A model generated the notes under the pieces. It saw only the letters and a list, made by a program, of their open reading frames with translations, was not told the origin of the DNA and did no database searches. From Armatimonadota bacterium (GTDB lineage: Bacteria; Armatimonadota; UBA10988), in NCBI GenBank assembly GCA_016235455.1, contig JACRKZ010000031.1, positions 1 to 64,000 of the forward strand: a stretch of 64,000 nucleotides of DNA, given 5' to 3'. Of this stretch, positions 36,438-45,000 are shown one piece after another; the first letter of the stretch is position 1; every line of letters starts with the position of its first letter. Made by a program: the position numbers and the translations under genes.

Positions 36438-36578
36438 CAGCGCCCGCGCGCGCGGCGGGTTCCCTTGAGGCTATTGTACGACGAGTCGGGCCACGCGTGA
36501 CACGACCGCGATAAGCCACCGTAACGCGCGGATGTTGTATAAGGAGTGCGGGGGGCAACGCTCCCGGCAGGTGGCACC

Positions 36579-37616
36579 ATGGACGACACGAAAGCCAGGC
36601 GCAAGCGACGCACCGTGTGGGTGGCGCTCGGCACCACTTTCCTGCTCATCACGCTCGGCGTGGGGCTGATCCGGCTGCTGGCCGGCGCGCTGGGCGGCGA
36701 CGAGACGAACTCGCGCGGCTTCGCTGGCGTCAGCGGCGACCGCATCGCCGTGATCAACGTCAACGGCGTCATCCGCGCCGGGGGCGAGAGCAGCCTGCTG
36801 GGCGGTGTCTCGCCGGGCGCCAGCGCGCTGCTCAAGCAGATCCGCTCTGCCGAGCGCAACCGCGATGTCAAGGCCGTCATCCTGCACATCAACTCGCCCG
36901 GCGGCGCCGCGGCCTCGTCGCAAGAGGTCTACGAGGCGGTCATGGCCGCGCGCCGCAAGAAGAAGTTCGTTGCCTCCATGGCCGATGTGGCCGCGTCCGG
37001 CGGCTACTACATCGCCAGCGCGTGTGACAGGATCGTGGCCAACCGCGCCTCGATGACCGGCAGCATCGGCGTCATCATTGCCAGCTACAACGTCTCGGGC
37101 CTCATGAAGCGCTACGACGTGACGGACACCACCATCACCAGCGGGCCCTTCAAGGCCACCGGCGCGCCCACGCGACCCTTCTCCGACGCCGATCGCACGC
37201 TGCTCCAGGGCCTGGTGAACGACACCTACGAGCAGTTCGTGGCCGACGTGGCCAAGGGTCGCGGCTGCGACGTGGCCAAGATCCGCAAGGTTGCCGACGG
37301 GCGCGTCATGACCGGTCGGCAGGCCAAGGCGGCCGGGCTGGTCGACGAGCTCGGCGGCTTCCAGCGCGCGGTGGAAGTGGCCCGCGATCTGGCCCGCCTG
37401 CCCCGGGGCCGGCAGCCCAACCTCTACTACATGGGCCGCACCTCCTTGGTCGACCAGCTGCTCGATAGCGAGACGCTCCTGCCCGGCCGCGGCGCCGCGC
37501 TGGAGCAGGTTCTGGCGCCGACACCCCTGTGGCTGCTGGCACCCGCGGCCCTGGCGCCCGCGGCTCTGGAGCCGACAGCGGCCACCCCGCCGGCGGCAAC
37601 GCCGCAGGCCCGCTGA
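36579..37616 (+). CDS. sppA: Signal peptide peptidase SppA (S49), 36K type
   Basis: INSPGG, AASGGYYIASACD, TGSIGVI, DGRVMTG.QA...GLVDELG. Confidence 0.92.
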   Translation: MDDTKARRKRRTVWVALGTTFLLITLGVGLIRLLAGALGGDETNSRGFAGVSGDRIAVINVNGVIRAGGESSLLGGVSPGASALLKQIRSAERNRDVKAVILHINSPGGAAASSQEVYEAVMAARRKKKFVASMADVAASGGYYIASACDRIVANRASMTGSIGVIIASYNVSGLMKRYDVTDTTITSGPFKATGAPTRPFSDADRTLLQGLVNDTYEQFVADVAKGRGCDVAKIRKVADGRVMTGRQAKAAGLVDELGGFQRAVEVARDLARLPRGRQPNLYYMGRTSLVDQLLDSETLLPGRGAALEQVLAPTPLWLLAPAALAPAALEPTAATPPAATPQAR

Positions 37617-39748
37617 TGGCTGGGCGCTGGTTGCTGGTCGATCCCGAGAGCATTCTGCGCTGGGCCTGGCATGCGCTGTCGCCGCGGCGCGCCCGCGATG
37701 GCCAGTCAACCCACGCGGTCCACGGTCTGGCCGCCACACTGTTGCGCGCGCTGGACCAGGAGCGCCCGGCGCGCATCGTCGCTGCCTGGGAGTCGGCGCC
37801 ACCCACCTGGCGCCACGAGCAGTTTCCCGCCTACCAGGCCGAGCGCGAGCCCGACGACGTCGATCTGATCGGTCAACGCGCGCTGGGCGAGGCCTTCGTC
37901 GCGGCGTTGGGCTGGCCCAGCGTACGCGTCGACGGCCATGCCGCGCGGGACGTGCTGGCCACGCTGGCCGCGCAGGCCGGCGACGACGAGGTGCTGCTGC
38001 TCAGCGCCGACCGTGACCTGTGCCAACTGGTCTCGCCCAGCGTGACACTGCTCGCGCCGCGGCCGGGCGATCTGGAGCGCTTCGACGAGCCCGCCGTGGC
38101 CGCGCGCTACGGCGTGCCGCCCGTGCTGTGGGCCGAGCTGCGCGCGCTCGACGGCGACCACGGCAACAGCCTGCCCGGCGTGCCGGGCATCGGCGAAAAG
38201 ACCGCCGCCGGCTGGTTGCTGCGTCACCGCGGGCTGGAGGGCGTGCTGGCCGCCGATCTGGGGGGCAAGCGGGGCGCCGAAACCAAGGCCCGGGCCGACC
38301 AGGTGCGCGCGGTGCTGGCGGTGGTGCGGCTGCGCACCGACTCGCCGGTGGCGGTGCCGGCCGGCGGCTGGCCACGTCCCACTCCGCAGGCCGAGCGACT
38401 GAGCGCGCTGCTGACCGAGTGGGACTTCCACGACCTGCTGCGGCGCCTGACCCCGCGCCTGTTGGCGCCGCCGGGCGAGATTGCCTACCGCCGCGCCGCC
38501 GACGAGGCGACCGTGGCCCTGGTGGTGGACGCGCTGGCCGCCGGCCGAGTGGCTGGTCTGGCGGCGGGTGAGAAGGGCCTGGCGGTGAGTCCGGCGCGGG
38601 CCGATGCCTGGTACGTGCCGGCCGACCTGGCGGCGCCCGTGGTGTCGGCCTTGGCCGAGGGCCGGGCGCGGCTGGTCGCCCATGATCTGACGCGCCTGCC
38701 GGCCTGGCTGGCCCGCGCGCTGCCGGCGGCGGTGGGCGACAGCCACCTGGCCCTGTGGCTGCTGGACCCCGAGCGACCGCCTATGGGCGTGGTCGAGGCC
38801 GGCCGACGCTGGCTGGGTCTGGTGGCCGAGTCGCCCGACGATCTGCCGCGCGAGCCGGCCGCGCTGTGCCTGGAGGCCGACTGGACGCGGCGCCTGGAGC
38901 CCACGCTGCGCGCCGAGCTCGAGGACCGTCACATGGGCCGCCTCTACCGCACCAGCGAGTTGGCCACCGTGCAGGCCGTCGCGGCGCTGGCCGCCCGCGG
39001 CGCGCACACGGCGGCGGGGCGCGAGCCGCTGGCCCTGCGCCGGGCGGCGGGCAGCTCCGGCCGCTGGGAGGTGGCGCGGCCGGCCCGCGAGCACCTGGCC
39101 GCCGAACTGCTGCCCGACGAGGGCGGCGTGCTGCTGAGCGCCGTCTACCGCGACCCGGCCATTTGGCTGGTGGCCGGGCTCAGCGGCGACCGCGAACTGG
39201 CCACGGCCCTGGCGGCGGCGCCCAGCGCGGCGGTGGCCGTGGCGGCGGCGCTGTGGGGCCGGGCGCCCGACAGCGTGACCCCCGAGCAGCGTCAGCGCGC
39301 GGCGGCCCTCAACGGCGCCGCGGCGCGCGGTGGCGACCTGGCCTGGTTGCGCCGCCGGCTGGGAGTCGACGAGGCCGAGGCCCGCGCGCTGGGCCGGGCC
39401 TGGGAGGCCCGGTTCCCGGTCAGCGCGCGCTGGCGAGCCGACATTGCTGCCTCGGCCCGGCGCGAAGGCTGGTTGACGACGCTCGCCGGCCGGCGCTTGC
39501 GGGCCGGCTCGACTGAGCGCGTGGCGCTGGCCCGCCAGGTCGCCGAGGCAGCCCTGGGCGATCTGCTCAACCGCGCTCTGCAGGCCTGTCGCGGCCACGC
39601 CGTGCTGCCCCTGCGCCATGGCTGGCTGGTCGGCGTGGCGGCGGGCGAGGCGGCCGCCGCGGCGGCCGAGATCGAGCGCGCCTGGCCGACGCTGGCGGGG
39701 CTCGATGTGAGCCAGCCGGTGACGGTTTCGGCGCCGGATTCACCCTGA
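37616..39748 (+). CDS. Degenerate DNA polymerase I-like protein (5' nuclease-like, eroded exo and polymerase domains)
   Basis: 5' nuclease/H3TH motifs (SADRDLCQLV, LPGVPGIGEKTA); remnant Pol A motifs (LLSAVY..LSGD, GWLTTLAGRR) lacking catalytic residues; ATG overlaps the sppA stop. Confidence 0.75.
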   Translation: MAGRWLLVDPESILRWAWHALSPRRARDGQSTHAVHGLAATLLRALDQERPARIVAAWESAPPTWRHEQFPAYQAEREPDDVDLIGQRALGEAFVAALGWPSVRVDGHAARDVLATLAAQAGDDEVLLLSADRDLCQLVSPSVTLLAPRPGDLERFDEPAVAARYGVPPVLWAELRALDGDHGNSLPGVPGIGEKTAAGWLLRHRGLEGVLAADLGGKRGAETKARADQVRAVLAVVRLRTDSPVAVPAGGWPRPTPQAERLSALLTEWDFHDLLRRLTPRLLAPPGEIAYRRAADEATVALVVDALAAGRVAGLAAGEKGLAVSPARADAWYVPADLAAPVVSALAEGRARLVAHDLTRLPAWLARALPAAVGDSHLALWLLDPERPPMGVVEAGRRWLGLVAESPDDLPREPAALCLEADWTRRLEPTLRAELEDRHMGRLYRTSELATVQAVAALAARGAHTAAGREPLALRRAAGSSGRWEVARPAREHLAAELLPDEGGVLLSAVYRDPAIWLVAGLSGDRELATALAAAPSAAVAVAAALWGRAPDSVTPEQRQRAAALNGAAARGGDLAWLRRRLGVDEAEARALGRAWEARFPVSARWRADIAASARREGWLTTLAGRRLRAGSTERVALARQVAEAALGDLLNRALQACRGHAVLPLRHGWLVGVAAGEAAAAAAEIERAWPTLAGLDVSQPVTVSAPDSP

Positions 39749-39793
39749 GCGACCGACGCCCGGCGGCGAGTCGCCATGGGCTTGCAGAGATTG

Positions 39794-39822
39794 TTGTCAT
39801 TGCGGCGCGCCTCTGCTATACT
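39794..39822 (+). promoter_or_regulatory. Strong sigma70 promoter of rpsA (TTGTCA-N17-TATACT, extended TG)
   Basis: -35 at 39794-39799, -10 at 39817-39822. Confidence 0.8.
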
Positions 39823-39851
39823 CGGCGCCACGCGGATGGGCCACCAGTGGA

Positions 39852-39948
39852 CTACCAGAACATGCTCGTACGGCGGAAACCCGCCACCCTCGCCTGACAC
39901 CACGCCTCTCAGGGGTTGCTGTCGCTATGAGGGTCACGAGTCTGGTAG
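39852..39948 (+). ncRNA. Candidate structured 5' leader of rpsA
   Basis: Nested pairings CTACCAGA/TCTGGTAG, CTCGT/ACGAG, ACCCTC/GAGGGT, plus the hairpin GGCGG-AAAC-CCGCC. Confidence 0.5.
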
Positions 39949-39991
39949 AAAGCGGAATCAAGCTGCCGCAACATCGGACAGGTGAGCAGGC

Positions 39992-41635
39992 ATGAGCGAA
40001 GAGCGTGACGATCGCGTCGAGACCGCGCAGAACGGCGATGCGTCGATGGAAGAGGCCATGGAATCCATGCCCAGCATGGATGAGCTGATGGCGAGCTACG
40101 AGGGTCCCGAACTCTCGACCGAGCTGCGTGAAGGTGATCTGGTGACGGGTACCGTCGTCCAGATCAACGACAACGGCGTGATGGTCGACGTGGGTACCAA
40201 GTCGGAAGGCTTGATCCCCAAGGGTGAGTTGGAGGCGATCCGCGACCACATCAAGCTCGGCGACCAGATCAAGGTCGTCGTAGTGCGCATGGACTCCGAA
40301 GACGTGGTGCTGAGCAAGCGCCAGGCGGATGTCGAAGCGGCGTGGGAACACATCGTCGACAAGCAGGACAGCGCCGAGATCCTCGAAGCCAAGGTGATTG
40401 ACGCGGTCAAGGGCGGTCTGCTGGTGGACCTGGGCCTCTACGGCCAAGGGTTCGTGCCCGCCTCGCATGTCAGCATCCGGCGACCTCGCAACCTCAACAA
40501 GTACATCGGCCAGACCCTGCAATTGCAGGTCATCGAGGTTGAGCGCAAGCGCCGCCGCGTGGTGCTCTCGCACCGCTTGGTGATGGAGCGCGAGCGCGAA
40601 GCCGAGCGCGATGTGACTCTGGGCAAGCTGCGCGAGGGCCAGGTCCGGCGCGGCGTGGTGCGTCGCATCACCGATTTTGGCGCCTTTGTCGACATCGGCG
40701 GCGTCGACGGCCTGCTGCACGTCAGCGAGCTGTCGTGGAAGCGTGTTGGCAGCCCGCAGGAAGAGCTGCGCGTCGGCGATCCGCTCGAGGTCATGGTCCT
40801 CAAGCTGAACGTGGACGAGGGGCGCATCTCCCTGGGCCGCCGCCAGTTGCTGGCCGACCCGTGGCGCGAGATTCCCAAGCTGTACCGCGAAGGCCAGACG
40901 GTCCGCGGTTCGGTCATCAAGTTCGTCTCCGGCGGCACCCGAGCCGTCGTCAAGCTGCCCGTCGGCCTCGAGGTCGTCGTGGAGCTGCCCGACGAGCTGC
41001 GGCCGGTGGCCGCCCCGAGCGTCGAAGAGGCGCCCGTGGCCGAGGCCGTCGAGGTCGTGGTGGAGCCGGCGGCAGCCCCTGAGGCTGTCGAAGGCGCCGA
41101 GGCCGTGGCGACGGAAGTCGTCGAACCGGTCGAGGGCGCCGAGGTCGAGGCTGCCGCGGTTGAGGCCGTGGTGGAAGTCGTGGCCGAAGCCGAAGTGGCT
41201 GTCGAAGTCGAGGCCGAACCCGAAGCCAAGGGCTTGGCCGTGGGCAGCGAAGTCGAGTTGCGCATCGAGCGCATCAGCCTCGGCGAGCGCGACCTGCAGG
41301 CCTCCGTGGCTGGTACGCGCGCCATTGGCGAGCGCGGCCCCGGCCGGCTCTCCGAAGGCGAGCGCGGGGCGGCCCGCGGTCCTCTGGCCCGCGGTCGCTA
41401 CAGCGACCGCCGCGAAGAGGAAGGCGACGCCAGCAACGAGCAGCGAGCGCCGCGTGAGCGCCGTGACCGCCGCCGCGAACGCGATGGCGACCGCGACCGC
41501 GAATCGATGCCGCTTGAGCACAGCACCACGGCGCCGGCGCGGCGTACGCTGGGCGACCTCATGGGCGACAAGCTGCGGTCGCTGTTCGACAGTGGCGAGG
41601 AATCGTCGGAAAAGGCGAGCGGCGAGGAGGAGTAA
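39992..41635 (+). CDS. rpsA: 30S ribosomal protein S1
   Basis: S1 repeats (VDVGTKSEGLIP, GFVPASH, DFGAFVDIGGVDGLLHVSELSW) and a C-terminal TLGDL motif. Confidence 0.92.
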   Translation: MSEERDDRVETAQNGDASMEEAMESMPSMDELMASYEGPELSTELREGDLVTGTVVQINDNGVMVDVGTKSEGLIPKGELEAIRDHIKLGDQIKVVVVRMDSEDVVLSKRQADVEAAWEHIVDKQDSAEILEAKVIDAVKGGLLVDLGLYGQGFVPASHVSIRRPRNLNKYIGQTLQLQVIEVERKRRRVVLSHRLVMEREREAERDVTLGKLREGQVRRGVVRRITDFGAFVDIGGVDGLLHVSELSWKRVGSPQEELRVGDPLEVMVLKLNVDEGRISLGRRQLLADPWREIPKLYREGQTVRGSVIKFVSGGTRAVVKLPVGLEVVVELPDELRPVAAPSVEEAPVAEAVEVVVEPAAAPEAVEGAEAVATEVVEPVEGAEVEAAAVEAVVEVVAEAEVAVEVEAEPEAKGLAVGSEVELRIERISLGERDLQASVAGTRAIGERGPGRLSEGERGAARGPLARGRYSDRREEEGDASNEQRAPRERRDRRRERDGDRDRESMPLEHSTTAPARRTLGDLMGDKLRSLFDSGEESSEKASGEEE

Positions 41636-42022
41636 GACTGCAGCCGCCGAACCCCATACTCCAGCGGGAGTTCGGGGACGGATGGCAATTACCGCAGTCC
41701 CGACCCTTTCTCGTTCGTCGTGTGTCTAACGGTCGGCGGGTGTGCCGGCCTCGGCGCCGGAGTCCGGATTTCCGGACACCGGCGTCGACCCGTTGAGGGG
41801 CTCGGTGTGAGCTCCTGAGGGAAATTGGCGTTTACGGGGCTCGTGAGTCGGGAATATGCACAATCAGTATAGGTACTCCTCGTTGAGCGCCTGGGGCCTC
41901 TCCGTGGCCCGCGACCGGTCTGCTCCCCCCTGGGCCGTCGCTGCCGCGGGTGTGCATTGTCTTGAGACCAAGACGACCCGACTCGAACACGCCCACAGCC
42001 GGACGGACAAGGGAGATCGGCC

Positions 42023-45000
42023 ATGCGTGTGAGGCGATCGAGCCTGGGTTGGAGCGTTCTGCTCCTGGTGTCGCTGGTGACGGCCGTCGCCGCGAAGACG
42101 TCGCATGAGTTCGTGGGGGCCCAGGGCCCGGCGTTCATGCGGGCGCAACTGCGCCAGGCCGGCTCTCGGCAGGTGGCGCCCACGGCCGACCACAACATCA
42201 CCCAGAGTGCCTCGGACAACATCGATCCCGTGTGGTCGCCCGACGGTACCCGTGTGGCCTTCGCCTCCAACCGCGCCGGCAGTTACGATATCTACATCGC
42301 TCGCTCGGACGGCTCGAATCCCGACACCGGCGCGCTGCTGACCCCCAAGCTGATCTCTGGCGTGGCCGGGGACGAGCGCTATCCCGCCTGGAACCCTGGT
42401 GGCCTGGACTTGGCCTACGTGCGCGGCAATGCCATCTACGTGCGCAACCTGCGCACCATGGCCGAGATCCAGCTGATCGACCAGCTCACCAACATCCAAG
42501 GCCTGACCTACAGCCCGGATGGTTCGCGCCTGGTCTTCTCCGCCCGCCTGGCCGGTGACTCCGATCTCAACCTGTACTGGGTGACCACTGACCCGCAATC
42601 CACCGACCCGGCCACCGGCAAGCCCCAGATGGTGCAGATCACCAATGCGGCGGGCAACGAAGTTCAGCCGAGCTGGTTCCCGAACTCCGACGCCGCGGAC
42701 GGGCGCCAAGTCATCTTCTCGTCGAACGCCAACGGCGACTACGACTTGTACCGCGTGACGCCGCCGACGGTCGGTGGTGCGCCGGTCGCCCTCACCGCGG
42801 CCAACCGCGTGCTGGGCAATGGCGGTGACGGTGACCAGTCGTATCCCTCTTGGGTGCGACCGGGCGGCTCTCGCGACGCCAGCTACGACCAGCCCTACTA
42901 CCTGCTGTATGCGGACAACGGCAACGGCAACTACGATCTGCGGGTCGTCGACGCCGACCTCGTGCCCGCGTCGGCGGTCGTGTACCAGGGCGCCGGCGAC
43001 CAGATTCAGCCGGTCGCATGCCCCATCCAGGACACAACCCACAATGCCTGCGTCTATTCGGGCAAGAAGACCGGCATCACCACGAACCAGCTGTTCGTGA
43101 TCGACATCTTCGACAACTCAGCGCCAATTCTGGGCGACGGCATCACCACCTCGCTGCCGTCGGTGAGCCCGCAACGCGGCTTCCCCGGCTCGACGGTCAC
43201 CATCACGGCCAAGGTCTACGACAAGGGCAGTGGCGTGGCTCCGGCGCCGATCGACTATGACGGCGACACCATCCCGGACTCTGGCGTGTGGGCCATCGTG
43301 CGCGTCGCTGACCGCCCGGTCTTCGCCAGGTGGACGACGGGCAGCACGGAAGTCCAGCCCAACCACATCAGCAACACCGTCTGGGCGCACGTTTCGAACA
43401 ACCAGATCGAGACCGACCAGGAGATTGTGGACATCCCGACCACCAGGCTGTCGGGGAACCTGACCACGGTACAGCCCAACGACCCCACCGAACTCGGGGC
43501 GGCCATCACTGGCCCGGGTGTCGCCTACCGTTTCACCACGCTGGATGCCATGTCCTTTGTGAACCGCGTCGGCCTGCCGTTGCGGGACGACGGTACGCAA
43601 GGCGACGCGGTGGCTGGGGATGGCATCTACACCGGCACCTGGCTGACCCCGGCGGAATCCCACGACTACTATGTGGACGTCGTGCCGGTCGATACCCGGG
43701 GCAACGCACCGGTGGACCCCGATCTGGGCATGGACGGTCTCGGCCGCACGAACCCGCTCGAAACCACATACCGCTACCCCGATGGTATTGCGACCTGCAT
43801 GGGGCCGTGGGCCATCGGCTATGACCACGTGGCGGGTTTCACCACTCGGCAACTGGACATCACGCGCAAGATTCTGCTCGTCAGCGACTACGGCTGCGGC
43901 CAGAAGTTCCAGGCCGCGGACTTCGCCACGACCGCCTCCGCGGCGCTGAGCCGCTACTGGCCGGTCGCGCTGCCAACAGAACACTATTGGTTCACCGATG
44001 ATGACGTGGCCGGCGCTGAGTCGATGACCGCCGCGCCGGTGATCACCTTCGGCAGCGGGGTCTCGGGCGTGCAGCGCACCATCGGCCCGAACCCCACGGT
44101 TTCAGCCGGCACACAAGTGCCAGACGGCCCCTGGTCGTGCGGCCCCTTCGCCCAGCTCAACGGCGGCGGCCAGCCCTTCGGCGGGCCGCAGGACGTTGAC
44201 CAGGTCGCCATCTGGCGGGTGCTCTGCCGCGGCCCGCTGGACGCTGGCACGCTCAACGCCTATACGCCAGCTCCGCTGGCCGCCGTTGAGGGCAGTCCCG
44301 TCCCGGCTCAGAACGGCGACCATATGGTCGTCTTCTCCAGCCCCTACACCGGCGATGTCTACGCGCAGCCAGGGACGCTCCTCGACGCCTCGACGCAAGC
44401 GCTGCTGCGTTCCTTCGTGGCCGCCGGCGGGCGCTTGGTCGTCAGCGGCATGGACATCGCCTGGGCGCTGACCAAGAACGGCACGCAGGCGAGTCCGTTC
44501 CTGCAGGATGTGCTCAAGGCGACGTTCATCTCGGATGCCACCCCGGGCGCGGTCAACTCACCGATCAGCGGCTATGACTCGGGCCGCACCCGCATGACAC
44601 CCCCGGATGCGCAGGGCGGCGTCGAGCCGCAGCTCTTCCAGTTCGGCGGCAGTCCGGTCGCTGCATCCATGACCGGGCGTCCGATGAACGCGGACGGGGG
44701 CGTCCCCGGCAACCTGGCCCTGCTGCGGATCAACGGCGGCGGCGACACACAGGGCGGCTGGCCTTTCTCGGGCGACGGCTGCCCGAACGCGTTCTTCATT
44801 GACAATGTCAGCCCCACTGGTGGCGGCCTGTCCACCTTTGACTACGCCGGCGGAGACGGCTCGGCCGCGGTCCGTTACATCGACCCGACAACCGGCTCGC
44901 GCGTGGTCTACTTCGCCTTCGGCCTGGAGTCGCTGCGGGCGGACTTCATCCTCCACGACCACAACCCCGCCCCCTACGTCGTCCATGGCATGGAGCATCG

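Noticed and set aside
37616-39748. Calling this gene polA or a pseudogene
   Set aside because: Catalytic residues are missing, so polA is unsupported; the frame is intact and coupled to sppA, so pseudogene is also unsupported.
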